Of a stretch of DNA of 64,000 nucleotides, positions 40,250 through 51,663 are shown one piece after another. A program made the translations under genes and the position numbers. The notes beneath the pieces are model-generated. The model saw only the letters and a program-made list of their open reading frames with translations. It did no database searches and was not told the DNA's origin. This stretch comes from Bacteroidales bacterium (lineage in GTDB: Bacteria; Bacteroidota; Bacteroidia; Bacteroidales; CAIWKO01): positions 1 through 64,000 of the forward strand of contig DAOORA010000003.1 of assembly GCA_035389045.1 (NCBI GenBank), given 5' to 3'. How positions within the stretch are numbered: the first letter of the stretch is position 1; each line of letters opens with the position of its first letter.

Positions 40250-41287
40250 TTATTTTATTTCCCAGGTATCTCCGCTATTCATAAGGTCATCCACATTTTT
40301 GATGACAGCATTGACTTTTGACCTTTTTATTTGTTCTTCAACCAGGTCGTCGTAAGTGGGAAACAAAGCCGAGCGGATAACTCCTAATGCGATGGGGAAA
40401 TAAGGAGGCGTCATTTTTGCCAGCATCAGATGTATACCCGGATCCTGGGCATATTGATCGTGAACCAGCAGATCCTGTTCCGTGATGCCATATTGTCCCA
40501 AAGTCACGATCTCAAGTCCATGAGGCCTTAAAATAAGCCCTTTGTCTTTGTTTTTGCCGAATATCATCGGTTCACCGTTTTTCAGAATCAACTGGTGTTC
40601 GTCTCTTAGATCCTTTGAAGTGATGACCTGATGAGCGCCTTCGTTAAAAATGACACAGTTTTGTAAAATTTCCACCACGGAAGTACCGTCATGTTTAGCC
40701 GCTTCGAACATGATTTCGGTCATTAATTTGGGATTGGTATCCACGGCTCGTGCAAAAAAGGTTCCCTGGGCTCCCAGCACAAGTTCTCCGGGGTTGAAAG
40801 GATGTTCGATGGTTCCCTGCGGAGAGGTCTTGGTAACGCTGCCCATAGGTGATGTCGGGGAATATTGCCCTTTGGTTAGTCCGTATATCTGATTGTTGAA
40901 CAACATGATGTTGATATCAACATTGCGCCTGATAATATGAATAAAATGATTTCCTCCGATAGCCATCGAATCTCCGTCACCTGTGGCCACCCATACGCTG
41001 AGATGGGGATTGGAAACCTTCACTCCTGTAGCTATGGCATTCGCTCTTCCGTGAATTCCATGAAAACCATAAGTGTTTACGTAATATGGAAACCGCGATG
41101 AACAACCGATACCGGAAACTACACAGAAATTCTCTTTTCGGTAACCAATTTTTGGAAAAACATTGGCCAGCGAAGAAAGGATGGCGTGGTCGCCACAACC
41201 CGGGCACCATTTGACCATCTGGTCGCTTACAAAATCCTCTTTACCCAGAGGAACTCTTGTTCTGTCAACTGTCAAATTTTCTTCCAT
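40250..41287 (-). CDS. korB: 2-oxoacid:ferredoxin oxidoreductase beta subunit
   Basis: WCPGCGD, SGIGCSSR, GDGD...NN TPP-binding motif, YGLTKGQ. Confidence 0.92.
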   Translation of the reverse strand: MEENLTVDRTRVPLGKEDFVSDQMVKWCPGCGDHAILSSLANVFPKIGYRKENFCVVSGIGCSSRFPYYVNTYGFHGIHGRANAIATGVKVSNPHLSVWVATGDGDSMAIGGNHFIHIIRRNVDINIMLFNNQIYGLTKGQYSPTSPMGSVTKTSPQGTIEHPFNPGELVLGAQGTFFARAVDTNPKLMTEIMFEAAKHDGTSVVEILQNCVIFNEGAHQVITSKDLRDEHQLILKNGEPMIFGKNKDKGLILRPHGLEIVTLGQYGITEQDLLVHDQYAQDPGIHLMLAKMTPPYFPIALGVIRSALFPTYDDLVEEQIKRSKVNAVIKNVDDLMNSGDTWEIK

Positions 41288-41290
41288 AGC

Positions 41291-43138
41291 TTATTTCTCC
41301 TTTATTATTTTGTTAAACGCATCTTTCAGTTCGGAAACATTAAAAGGCAACCCTTGTATTTTGTTATACTGGCGGTATTTATACTGTGGAAAATTCATTC
41401 TCAGATAATTTACGAATTGTCCTGCATTCAGCTCACAAACAATGATCTTTTTGTATTTGCCAAGAAGGCTTTCCGTATTTTTCGGCAACGGCATGATGTA
41501 TTTGAAATGAGCATGGCTGACCGGTTTACCTTCATTGATCATTTCTTCCACAGCGGTATGCACAGCCCCGAAAGTACCCCCCCAGCTTACTACCAGAAGG
41601 TCATTTTCGGCAGCACCGAAAATTTGTTGTTCTGGTAAATGATCGGCTATTTTCATCACTTTATTATAGCGCAGTTCCGTCATCAGTTGATGGTTTTCAG
41701 CATTCATGCTGACGTTTCCGGTGATATTTTCTTTTTCAAGACCCCCTACCCTATGCCTTAAACCTTCTGTTCCGGGTAGGGCCCATTTTCTTACCAGAGT
41801 CTTCGGGTTTCTTTTAAATGGTTTGTAATCCGGATCGTTGGGTTCGGCTATAGGAGGTTTGATTTCAGCAAGATCGGCCACTTTGGGTATTTTAAACAGT
41901 TCTGAACCCTGGCCAATATAACCATCGGTTAATAAAATTGCCGGAGTCATATGTTCCATTGAAAGCTTGGCTATTTCATAAGCGCTCATGAAACAATCCG
42001 AAGGAGAACTGGCTGCAATAATTAATACCGGGCATTCGCCATTCCTTCCGAAAAGCGCCTGCATCAGGTCGGATTGTTCCGACTTTGTCGGCAACCCTGT
42101 TGAGGGGCCTCCACGCTGCACATCGACGATTACCAATGGTAATTCGGTCATCACAGCCAGACCGATAGCTTCGCTTTTCAGCGATAGTCCGGGACCCGAC
42201 GTGGTCGTCAAAGCCATAGACCCGGCAAAACTGGCGCCTATGGCTGAGCAGATTCCTGCAATTTCGTCTTCAGCCTGAAAAACTTTTGCCCCCAGCGATT
42301 TGTATTTGGCAAGCTCCATCAGAATTTCAGTTGCCGGGGTAATCGGATATGAACCTAAAAACAATGGACGACCTGAACGTTCGGAAGCCGCGAGAAAACC
42401 CCAGGCCGTGGCAACATTCCCTGAAATATTACGGTATCTCCCCTTTTCTAATGTGGCTGCAGGTACGTTGTAGGTAACACTTATAGCTTCTACGGTTTCT
42501 GCATAATTAAAACCAGCCTGCAATGCTATTTTGTTTGATTCGATCAGTTCGGGTTTCTTCTTGAATTTTTTAGCAAAAAAATCAAAAGCAATTTCCTGTT
42601 TCCAGTTGAACATGAAGTACATCATGCCTAAGGCAAACATATTCCTCGATTTTTCGGCTGTTTTAGGATCAAGGTTCAGATGTTTCAGGGCGTCTTTGGT
42701 AAGAGTTGTGATCGGCGCCTTGATCACATTATACCCCTGAAGTGTGTTATCTTCTAAGGGATTGCTTGAGTATCCTGATTTTTCCACAGCTTTTTCGTCG
42801 TAAGCATCAAGATCGGTGATAATGGTACCGCCTTTTTTGGCCCATTTCAGATTGGCTTTCAATGATGCAGGATTCATGGCAACCAGTACATCGCACAAGT
42901 CGCCGGAGCTGTAAACCCTTTTTCCGATGTGTACCTGAAAACCGGATACGCCGGCAACGGTATTGTGCGGCCCCCTGATCTCGGCAGGGTAGTCAGGAAA
43001 GTTGGCAAGATCATTGCCTTCCAGTGCGGCAGTGTCTGAAAAGAGGTTGCCTGTAAGCTGCATTCCGTCGCCGGAATCTCCAACAAACTTAACAACCACA
43101 TCCTCTTTGGTAACCACCTTATTTTTCTTTTGTGTCAT
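41291..43138 (-). CDS. korA: 2-oxoacid:ferredoxin oxidoreductase alpha subunit
   Basis: GDSGDGMQLTG, YPITPA, QAEDEIA, TSGPG and QRGGPSTG motifs. Confidence 0.92.
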   Translation of the reverse strand: MTQKKNKVVTKEDVVVKFVGDSGDGMQLTGNLFSDTAALEGNDLANFPDYPAEIRGPHNTVAGVSGFQVHIGKRVYSSGDLCDVLVAMNPASLKANLKWAKKGGTIITDLDAYDEKAVEKSGYSSNPLEDNTLQGYNVIKAPITTLTKDALKHLNLDPKTAEKSRNMFALGMMYFMFNWKQEIAFDFFAKKFKKKPELIESNKIALQAGFNYAETVEAISVTYNVPAATLEKGRYRNISGNVATAWGFLAASERSGRPLFLGSYPITPATEILMELAKYKSLGAKVFQAEDEIAGICSAIGASFAGSMALTTTSGPGLSLKSEAIGLAVMTELPLVIVDVQRGGPSTGLPTKSEQSDLMQALFGRNGECPVLIIAASSPSDCFMSAYEIAKLSMEHMTPAILLTDGYIGQGSELFKIPKVADLAEIKPPIAEPNDPDYKPFKRNPKTLVRKWALPGTEGLRHRVGGLEKENITGNVSMNAENHQLMTELRYNKVMKIADHLPEQQIFGAAENDLLVVSWGGTFGAVHTAVEEMINEGKPVSHAHFKYIMPLPKNTESLLGKYKKIIVCELNAGQFVNYLRMNFPQYKYRQYNKIQGLPFNVSELKDAFNKIIKEK

Positions 43139-43216
43139 AAATTTATTGTATATAATTTCGGGCAAAGTTAGAGGTTTATTTTTAAAGGACACGGAATAGG
43201 TTATAATTTTATATAA

Positions 43217-43252
43217 GAAAAAAAAGGGCGCTGAACCAGCGCCCTTTTTTTC
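43217..43252 (-). terminator. rho-independent terminator after susD
   Basis: GAAAAAAAAGGGCGCTG-AAC-CAGCGCCCTTTTTTTC hairpin. Confidence 0.88.
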
Positions 43253-43281
43253 TGAAATTACAATTGTTAATGAGAAAAAAA

Positions 43282-44715
43282 TCAGAATTTATCCCAGAAA
43301 AGTTTTGTGGTCACATCATCACCGCCAATAGCTGAAGAAGCGCTTGAATAGTTGGCGCCGTTTAATGTTTGTTCAGCAATAGGATAAGTGAATCTCACCG
43401 GTAGATCGGTCATAGCATCCGGAGGAGCCACCAAAACCGGATAATCATATCTTCTCCAGTTGGTCCATGCTTCAAACCCACGGTTATATAAAGCAATCCA
43501 CATCTGTGTACCTATTTTTTGCTGCCAGGTTCCTGTAGCCGTAGTATAAGCCACGGCCGTATTGGAAAGATACGTGGCTATTTCGCCCGGTGTCCCGCCC
43601 CAGTAAGATATCGAAGCCGTAATGGCATTGTTGTAATGGCCTTCGGCGGTTCCCCCTACGGCAAACCCTCTCGCTGCTGCTTCTGCAAGATAAAATTCAA
43701 TTTCAGCATAATCAAGGATTATTCCTTCAAAAGTGGGTAACTGTATTTTATCAGCCACATGTGAATATTGTGTGAAATCATTGGAAGCGCCATATTCTCC
43801 GCCAATATATACATTGGTATCCGGCGCCAGGGTAAAATAGAAAGGTCTTCTGGGGTCGTCAAGGGCATTCATGGCATCAACAATGGTATTGGCAGCCACA
43901 AAATCGTGTCTTCCGCTGGCGACCAGGTCGTCATATATCGGATTGGCGTTTGGCTGGGATGAGGCATAGATCAAACGGGCATTATCAGCATTCGATAAAA
44001 ATACATGAGGCGCAGCGGCTTCCACAACGGTTTGCGCATAGGCGGCATCAGCATCAGCGAGAACCAACCCCATTTTAAGTTTTAACGAATAGGCAAATTT
44101 CAGCCACTGTGATACATTTCCATAGTACATATTGTCAGCCATATCAAAACTGCCCCATGAAGGATCCAGGCCGGCTATGGCGGTATTAAGACGTGCGATC
44201 AGGTCTTTGTAAACAGTAAGTCCGTCATCATATTTCGGAGTGGGTTTATCGATATCCAGAGCTTCTGAATAGGGAATGTTTCCGAAAGTTTCAACAAGTA
44301 CCGACCAGGTATAAATAGACATAATTTCAACAATAGCAAGCTTATTTGATTTTATTTTTGGGCTTGCATCGGTGGGATAATCCGTTTCGCCAATCACCTT
44401 TGCAGATTCTTTGAGATCCTTCAGGACATCGCGGTATAAAATATCCCAATGATTATCGGGAATGGTGCGGGTAACCAAATCATAATTGGCCTCGTCGGTA
44501 TAAGTGGTTTCTGTCCAGTATTGAGCAAACATTCTGAAAATGTTCAGGTTTACATTCGAGCTTACCATCTGGTCGAAAAGGCTTTTCTGAGCATTGGTAA
44601 ACAACGATTCTCCTGTAACTTCAGCAGGGTCTTTCGTGTTTTCATTCAGATCTTCCAGCTTTTTACAAGCCGAAAACAAAAGAATTACGAGTAATAAAGC
44701 TAATATCTTTTTCAT
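43282..44715 (-). CDS. SusD/RagB family lipoprotein
   Basis: FSAC lipobox; FGNIPYSEAL, DPRR, EAWTNWRR, C-terminal FWD. Confidence 0.93.
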   Translation of the reverse strand: MKKILALLLVILLFSACKKLEDLNENTKDPAEVTGESLFTNAQKSLFDQMVSSNVNLNIFRMFAQYWTETTYTDEANYDLVTRTIPDNHWDILYRDVLKDLKESAKVIGETDYPTDASPKIKSNKLAIVEIMSIYTWSVLVETFGNIPYSEALDIDKPTPKYDDGLTVYKDLIARLNTAIAGLDPSWGSFDMADNMYYGNVSQWLKFAYSLKLKMGLVLADADAAYAQTVVEAAAPHVFLSNADNARLIYASSQPNANPIYDDLVASGRHDFVAANTIVDAMNALDDPRRPFYFTLAPDTNVYIGGEYGASNDFTQYSHVADKIQLPTFEGIILDYAEIEFYLAEAAARGFAVGGTAEGHYNNAITASISYWGGTPGEIATYLSNTAVAYTTATGTWQQKIGTQMWIALYNRGFEAWTNWRRYDYPVLVAPPDAMTDLPVRFTYPIAEQTLNGANYSSASSAIGGDDVTTKLFWDKF

Positions 44716-44726
44716 AGTTTTATTAT

Positions 44727-47700
44727 TTAGAAGGTTAATTTAACATTAAAACTAAAATCCCGGGTCGAAGGCAGCGAACCGACAGAGTATCCTTGTAAGT
44801 TGCCAGCGCCTAATCCTGATTCGGGGTCGGCATAAGGAAGTTTTTTGTATATAATCCACGGATTCGATGCAACCGCAGACAATGTTAAACCAGAGATGAA
44901 ACATTTGCTGAACCACTTGGAAGGCATGGTATACGATAAAGAAACCTCTCTGAGCTTGACAAAAGACGCATCATAAACAAAAGCTTTGTCGGGATTCCTT
45001 AGATAACCAAAAGCGCCATAGTTGCTGGCAGCAATTCTGGTCGTATTTTCAGATCCGTCAGGATTAATACCTTCATTGATAAAACCGCCGCTGTTGGAAG
45101 CATAGCCTAAGCTTGGATCAGAAGGATCAACCCATACGATCGGGTCTCTTACAGGATTTCCAAGGTCGTTCAGATAGGAGGTTTCTTCATATAAACCGGT
45201 AGCCAGTCCATAATACATATCCAGTGAGAAAATATCACCCCCCTTGGAGACGTCAATCAGAAAACTGAAATTCCATCCGCCGTAAGTGAAGGAGTTCAGG
45301 ATACCTCCTGTCCAGTCAGGATTGATATTACCGATGACATTATCCGAGGTGGCTGTTTTATAATATCTTCCGTTCGCCGGATTGATAAGTCTTGCACTGT
45401 CTGATTCGCCAACAGGTTTTTTATTTATGGTAACATAATCCGTGCCGCAGATCACACCGTAGGGTTCCCCTACCCTGGCGTTGATCGTTATACCTCCCTG
45501 GTACGAACCTAATTGCAGGTTTTCAACACCTTCGGCCAGCGAAAGCACCTTGTTCCAGTTCTTAGCCCAGTTGACTGTGATGTTCCACTGGAATTTTTTG
45601 CCTTTTACCGGGGTTGCATTCAACGCAAGTTCTATTCCCTGGTTTTGTATCTGTCCGGCATTTATGATCTTGTAGGTATAACCGGTTGAAGTTGAAACCG
45701 CCAGGGGTAATATCTGGTTCGATGTATTACTGTTGTAATAAGCGAGGTCAAATCCTACACGCCTTCCTATGAAATACATTTCAAGACCGGCTTCGATGCT
45801 ACGGGTTTTTTCGGGTAACAGATCGGGATTCTTTTTTGTTCCGGCAACAGAGGTCATTGGGGAATTCAGAGGAGTAAGGATATTATAGTTATCCGTCAGT
45901 TGATCAAAACTGGCGCTATTGCCTACCATAGCATAGTTCAAACGGACTTTTCCGTAAGATAACCATTTGTTGTCGGGAATTAAGTTGGAGAATATAAAAC
46001 TGGTAGCTATAGAAGGATAATAGTATACACTATTTCCTATAGGTAAGGTTGATGAGTGGTCGCGTCTCAGCGATCCGTCAAGATAGATCAGGCTCTTGTA
46101 ACCCACAGAAGCGCTGGCATAAATACCATTCACCCCTACTTTTGAGGCAAGTTCTTTTGATAAGGGCAAAGGACCCACACTGTTCTGGAGCGAATATAAA
46201 TCAGGAACAGCCAGGCCGCCATTTGTTGCAGATATGATCCTGTTGAAATTGGTTCTTCTGATATTCGTACCCAGAACACCTCTTAAGTTCCAGTTTTTTC
46301 CGAAATCTTTATTGAAATTACCCATCAGGTCAAAATTGTATTCGCTGAACGTAATATCTCTTCTGAGATATCCTGAACCCTGATCGCTTCTGCCAATGCT
46401 TCCGTCAGAACCTGTTCCAATACCAAACGGTGCGGCAATACTGCCTACAGCCCTTCTTTCTTCCTGTAATTCACTGTATGTGTCAGCCGAAAAACGTCCG
46501 AATATGTCTAACCATTTCAACACTTTATAATTAACAGACATATAGCCGATAAAACGGTTCCTGTTGTCATTCTGGTAATTCTTGTAACGGGTCCAGTAAT
46601 AATTGTCCCAGAAAATAGGTTGGGCATCCGAAGGGTCCGCATAATTCCAGGTAATATTTCTGCCGGTCAGATCATAAAGTTCTTCTTGCTGCTGTAAATC
46701 AACATTGGTCTGCATCCACTGGCGGAATGATGACATGATATTGTCGCTGTATCCGGTTGAGTTACGGCCCAGCCCTCTCGTACTTACATAATTACCCGAA
46801 CCGGCTACGGTCAGTTTATCGGTGACATTCCATGAACCATTCAGTAATACATTATCCTTATTTAATTTGCTGTTTGGCAAAAGTCCTTTTTGTGTAAAAT
46901 TGGTATAGGATAAATGGTATGAGCCTTTGTTACTTGAATTGTCAAGAGCCACCGAGTTGGTGAACGTAAGTGGTTTCTGGAAAAAGGTGATCGGCCCGTT
47001 TTTGGCAGCCACCCAGGGTGTTGCCTGCATATAATACGGTGATTCCGGGTCAACGGCGTTCCACTGGTAAACCAGACGACTTTCGTCAAAAGGAGCTCCG
47101 TAGGAGGCATCCTCCGAAGTGACTACCCATTGTTCGTCAACACCATCGCCGTTAATATCGCGGTAGTACCAGAACTCATCGCCGGGATCGCCTTCATAAT
47201 AATGTCCGTAACCTCCGCCATAATCCATTTGATAGGAGGGGAAGGTGGTCTTGTCTACGAAGCCGACCGTTACTCCGGAATTGATCGTTATTCCAATACC
47301 TTTCCTTTTTACTTCAATACCGCCCCCGGTGGTGCCTCCTTTTTTGGTGGTGATCATAATTACACCGCCTGCAGCACGCGATCCGTAAAGCGCTGTAGCG
47401 GCAGCCCCCTTGAGTACGTTGATCGATTCTATGTCATCAGCGTTGATATCTGATGCCATATTTCCATAGTCATACCCCAGCCCTGCCTGTGATTGCGAGG
47501 TAGTATTGAACGTGCTGTTGTTTATGGGGACACCATCTACGACAAAAAGAACCTGGTTATCGCCGGTCAGCGATTTATTACCACGAAGGAGAACATTCGT
47601 TGATCCTCCCATGTTGGTGTTCTTTTTGATCTGCACGCCGGAAACCTTGCCCGACAATGAATTGATAAAATTATCCGTTTTAACAGTCTGAACCTGATCG

Positions 47701-48086
47701 CCGGTCACTTCCTGTGTGGAATAACCCAACGACTTCTTTTCCCTCGGAATACCCAGGGCGGTTACAACAACCCCTTCAATGTTCATCACGTCGGCCTCCA
47801 TCACGACATCAACGTTTCCGCTTGAGGTTACCTGCACTTCCTGTTGCTTCATACCAACAAATGAAAAAATAAGCACATCATATTTCGGAGGAACCAAAAT
47901 AGTGTACTTTCCATTGGCATCAGTAACAGTTCCAATGGTTGTTCCTTTCACAACAACCGTAACACCGGGCAACGTTGTTCCGTCTTCTTTGCTGGTTACC
48001 TTACCCGTGATGGTCTTTTGTTGTGCAAAAGCCACCTGTAATCCTGTAAATAGCAGAATTACAATTAACAATGTAAATCTTCTCAT
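44727..48086 (-). CDS. SusC/RagA family TonB-dependent transporter
   Basis: N-terminal CarboxypepD-like domain; VLKGAAATALYGSRAAGGVIMITTKKG plug motif; C-terminal Phe. Confidence 0.96.
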   Translation of the reverse strand: MRRFTLLIVILLFTGLQVAFAQQKTITGKVTSKEDGTTLPGVTVVVKGTTIGTVTDANGKYTILVPPKYDVLIFSFVGMKQQEVQVTSSGNVDVVMEADVMNIEGVVVTALGIPREKKSLGYSTQEVTGDQVQTVKTDNFINSLSGKVSGVQIKKNTNMGGSTNVLLRGNKSLTGDNQVLFVVDGVPINNSTFNTTSQSQAGLGYDYGNMASDINADDIESINVLKGAAATALYGSRAAGGVIMITTKKGGTTGGGIEVKRKGIGITINSGVTVGFVDKTTFPSYQMDYGGGYGHYYEGDPGDEFWYYRDINGDGVDEQWVVTSEDASYGAPFDESRLVYQWNAVDPESPYYMQATPWVAAKNGPITFFQKPLTFTNSVALDNSSNKGSYHLSYTNFTQKGLLPNSKLNKDNVLLNGSWNVTDKLTVAGSGNYVSTRGLGRNSTGYSDNIMSSFRQWMQTNVDLQQQEELYDLTGRNITWNYADPSDAQPIFWDNYYWTRYKNYQNDNRNRFIGYMSVNYKVLKWLDIFGRFSADTYSELQEERRAVGSIAAPFGIGTGSDGSIGRSDQGSGYLRRDITFSEYNFDLMGNFNKDFGKNWNLRGVLGTNIRRTNFNRIISATNGGLAVPDLYSLQNSVGPLPLSKELASKVGVNGIYASASVGYKSLIYLDGSLRRDHSSTLPIGNSVYYYPSIATSFIFSNLIPDNKWLSYGKVRLNYAMVGNSASFDQLTDNYNILTPLNSPMTSVAGTKKNPDLLPEKTRSIEAGLEMYFIGRRVGFDLAYYNSNTSNQILPLAVSTSTGYTYKIINAGQIQNQGIELALNATPVKGKKFQWNITVNWAKNWNKVLSLAEGVENLQLGSYQGGITINARVGEPYGVICGTDYVTINKKPVGESDSARLINPANGRYYKTATSDNVIGNINPDWTGGILNSFTYGGWNFSFLIDVSKGGDIFSLDMYYGLATGLYEETSYLNDLGNPVRDPIVWVDPSDPSLGYASNSGGFINEGINPDGSENTTRIAASNYGAFGYLRNPDKAFVYDASFVKLREVSLSYTMPSKWFSKCFISGLTLSAVASNPWIIYKKLPYADPESGLGAGNLQGYSVGSLPSTRDFSFNVKLTF

Positions 48087-48312
48087 AAGGTTAATTTTTA
48101 GTTAATATAAATTAGACAGCAATATTACAAATTTTTACAGGTAAAAGCAAGTTTTTTATCGGTAAATATGACCGGTTGTTATTAAACACAAATATTTTTT
48201 ACAGAAAATTTAATGGTATAGGCACATGTATATAAAGAAAAGCGTAATTTTTTATAAATTTGCACAGTAATAAAATATACTTTTTGAACGTTGTATCTTA
48301 TTTAATTTGTTT

Positions 48313-51300
48313 ATGACCGAAAGCTATTCACAGCTTATTACAAAGCTCGACCAGTTTATCAGAAAATATTATAAAAATCAGCTTCTGAGAGGCATTCTGC
48401 TATGCCTTACTTTTTTCATTGCTTTTTTCCTGGTTTTAGCGCTGATGGAATATTTTGCGTATTTCAATACTACAGCGCGTACCGTTTTGTTTTATTCTTT
48501 TCTGCTGATCAATGCTGTTGTAATTGTGAAACTCATCATCATCCCTTTGCTGGGATTATACAGAATAGGCCGGATTATAACCTACGAACAGGCTGCTGAT
48601 ATCATTGGCAAACATTTTAATGAGGTGGGCGATAAACTCTTAAATACACTTCAGCTGAAACATGCCGATTCCTTTTCCTTTGAATCCTCAAGTATAGAAC
48701 TTATTAATGCCAGTATTGATCAGAAAATAAAAAACTTAAAACCCATACCTTTTAATACTGCGATCGATCTTAAAATAAATAAAAAATTCCTCAAGTTTTT
48801 ATTGCCTCCCGTCATCATACTTATGGTAATTCTTATTGCTTCTCCGGAAGTAGTTACCGAGCCTACAAAGCGATATTATCATTACGCGGCTTTTTTTGAA
48901 AAACAGGCACCCTTCCAATTCAATGTCCTGAATAAAAATCTTGAAGTGTTACAACAGCAGGATTTTGTTTTAGATGTAAAACTTACAGGAGATGATATTC
49001 CGGGAGAAGTATTTGTTGTATATAATGAAAACGAATATAAGCTGACCAAAGAAAATATCATTTCGTTTCATTATACGTTTAAAAACATTCAGAAAGACCT
49101 GGTTTTTTATCTGAAAGCCAACGAATTCAGATCGAAAGATTATACACTAAAGGTCATTCCTAAGCCCATAATCCTCGATTTTGAGGTGCTGTTAAATTAT
49201 CCTGCGTATACAGGCAAAAAAAATGAAACGATTCAGAATTCAGGGGATCTGTCGGTTCCGGCAGGAACAAATATAAGCTGGAAATTAAAAACAAAAGATA
49301 CCAAAAAAATTATATTCAGATTTTCTGATAAGAAAATATTGCTTGATCCGGTCGGCAGCGAAACATTTCTGTACAGCCGTAATTTTTTGATGTCACAGAA
49401 CTATACTGTGATCACGCGGAATCAATTCATCACCAATAACGATTCTCTTGCATACACGATCAATGTCATTCCTGACGCCTATCCCATGATCGATGTTAAA
49501 GAATACCGCGACTCGGTTTATAACAGTCACCTTTATTTTAAAGGGCTGATCAAGGACGACTATGGTTTTAGCAAACTGCTTTTTAAATACCGGAAATATA
49601 AAGTTGATGACGACAACAGTGATGTTGAATTTTCGAAGAACATCAGTATGAATAACCTCATAAATCAGGGGGATTTTTATCACTATTTTGATATATCGGC
49701 GCTGAATGTTTCTCCCGGTGACCAGATAGAATACTATTTTGAAATTTGGGATAATGATGGTGTAAATGGAAGCAAAGCCACACGGTCTTCCAAAATGGTG
49801 TTTAAAATCCCCACCACCGACGAACTGGAAAAACAGAGCGAAAAAAATAATGAAGACCTGAAAAATAAAGTTGATCAGGCCATAAAAGATATCAGCCTGC
49901 TGCAAAAACAGGCTGATGATATCAGCCAGAAAATGCTTGATAAAAAAAATCTCAACTGGCAGGAGCGAAAACAGATTGAAGATTTACTTATCAGGCAGCA
50001 ACAGCTTCAGATGAGTGTTGAGGATATTAAAGAACAGCTTCACGAAAACAACATCTCGGAACAACAATTTCAGAAACCGGACAGCAGTATTCTTGAAAAA
50101 CAGAAACAATTGGAAGAGCTTTTCAATAAACTCATGTCGGACGAGATGAAAGATCTTTTCAAACAAATGCAGGAAATGCTGGATAAACTTGATAAGACAA
50201 AAATAGGCGAGATGCTCGACAAGATAAAAATGAGCAATAAAGACCTGGAAAAGGAGCTGGACCGGAACCTGGAATTGTTCAAACAATTGGAGTTTGAGAA
50301 AAAAATGACCGAAACGATTGATAAACTTCAAAAACTTGCCGAAGAACAAAAAAATCTTTCCGAAAAAACTCCCGATGAAAAGCAGAACCAGCAGGACTTG
50401 CTTGATGAACAAAAGAAGATCAATGATGATTTTGACCAGGTAAAAAAGGAACTGCAAGATCTGGAGAAAAAGAATAAGGAACTGGAAGACCCGAAAAACC
50501 TGAAAAATACCGATGAAAAACAGAATGCGATCCAGCAGGAACTGAATAACAGCAAAAATAATCTCGAAAATAATAAAAGGAAAAATGCTGCAAAATCACA
50601 GCAAAATGCCGGCCAACAGATGGACGAATTAAGTGATGAGCTTCAGAAAATGCTGGAAGAAATGCAGCAGGAAGAAATGGCCGAAGACGAACAGGCCTTC
50701 CGGCAGTTGCTTGAAAACCTTATAAAAGTTTCTTTTGCCCAGGAAAACCTGATCGACAGGCTTAAGACTACGAATATCAATGACCCGAAGTATATCGACA
50801 TAATGGACAAGCAAAAGGAGCTGAAAGACGACCTGAAAATGATTGAGGATTCATTGTTTGCACTCAGCAAAAGGCAACCCATTATTGAACCCCTGGTCAA
50901 TAAAGAAATTTCGGCTATTAATAATAATGTGGCTAAAATCCTCGAATCATTGCATAACCGTAACACCCCGCAGGCACAAAAATGGCAGCAGTTTGTGATG
51001 ACATCGGTAAACAATCTGGCGCTTATGCTGTCAGAATCCTTAGAACAGATGCAGCAGCAGATGCAGTCGATGTCGAGTAAATCCTGTAATAAAAAAGGAG
51101 GAAAATGTAAAAAACCGGGTAGCGGGAAGCCCTCTTCAAGCACCATGAAACAGATGCAGGAACAGCTCAACAAACAAATAGAAGCCTTAAAAAAACAACT
51201 CGAAAACGGCCAGAAACCGGGACAAAAAGGACAGTCGATGAGTGAACAGTTAGCCCGTATGGCTGCACAACAGGAAGCGATACGTAAAATGCTTCAGCAA

Positions 51301-51663
51301 TATGGCGAAGAACAGAAAAAAGAAGGTGTGGGAAACGACGGAAACATCAGTGAAATGATGAAAAAAATGGAGCAAACCGAAACCGATCTGGTAAATAAAA
51401 TATTGAATAGCGAAACTTTAAAACGCCAGCAGGAAATTTTAACACGCTTGCTCGAATCTGAAAAAGCCGATAAAGAAAGGGAGTTGGACGATAAAAGAAA
51501 ATCAAATGAAGCGATTGAGAAAAATTTTAGTAACCCAAATCAATTTTTTGAGTATAACAGGTTAAAATCGAAAGAACTCGAATTATTAAAAACAATTCCT
51601 GTAACATTGACACCATTTTTTAAGTATAAGACCAATGAGTATTTTTATAAATTTGACGATTGA
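48313..51663 (+). CDS. large membrane-anchored coiled-coil protein (DUF4175-like)
   Basis: N-terminal TMs; YYFEIWDNDGVNGSK; long Q/E/K-rich coiled coil; TAAATTTG -7 at 48255-48262. Confidence 0.75.
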   Translation: MTESYSQLITKLDQFIRKYYKNQLLRGILLCLTFFIAFFLVLALMEYFAYFNTTARTVLFYSFLLINAVVIVKLIIIPLLGLYRIGRIITYEQAADIIGKHFNEVGDKLLNTLQLKHADSFSFESSSIELINASIDQKIKNLKPIPFNTAIDLKINKKFLKFLLPPVIILMVILIASPEVVTEPTKRYYHYAAFFEKQAPFQFNVLNKNLEVLQQQDFVLDVKLTGDDIPGEVFVVYNENEYKLTKENIISFHYTFKNIQKDLVFYLKANEFRSKDYTLKVIPKPIILDFEVLLNYPAYTGKKNETIQNSGDLSVPAGTNISWKLKTKDTKKIIFRFSDKKILLDPVGSETFLYSRNFLMSQNYTVITRNQFITNNDSLAYTINVIPDAYPMIDVKEYRDSVYNSHLYFKGLIKDDYGFSKLLFKYRKYKVDDDNSDVEFSKNISMNNLINQGDFYHYFDISALNVSPGDQIEYYFEIWDNDGVNGSKATRSSKMVFKIPTTDELEKQSEKNNEDLKNKVDQAIKDISLLQKQADDISQKMLDKKNLNWQERKQIEDLLIRQQQLQMSVEDIKEQLHENNISEQQFQKPDSSILEKQKQLEELFNKLMSDEMKDLFKQMQEMLDKLDKTKIGEMLDKIKMSNKDLEKELDRNLELFKQLEFEKKMTETIDKLQKLAEEQKNLSEKTPDEKQNQQDLLDEQKKINDDFDQVKKELQDLEKKNKELEDPKNLKNTDEKQNAIQQELNNSKNNLENNKRKNAAKSQQNAGQQMDELSDELQKMLEEMQQEEMAEDEQAFRQLLENLIKVSFAQENLIDRLKTTNINDPKYIDIMDKQKELKDDLKMIEDSLFALSKRQPIIEPLVNKEISAINNNVAKILESLHNRNTPQAQKWQQFVMTSVNNLALMLSESLEQMQQQMQSMSSKSCNKKGGKCKKPGSGKPSSSTMKQMQEQLNKQIEALKKQLENGQKPGQKGQSMSEQLARMAAQQEAIRKMLQQYGEEQKKEGVGNDGNISEMMKKMEQTETDLVNKILNSETLKRQQEILTRLLESEKADKERELDDKRKSNEAIEKNFSNPNQFFEYNRLKSKELELLKTIPVTLTPFFKYKTNEYFYKFDD

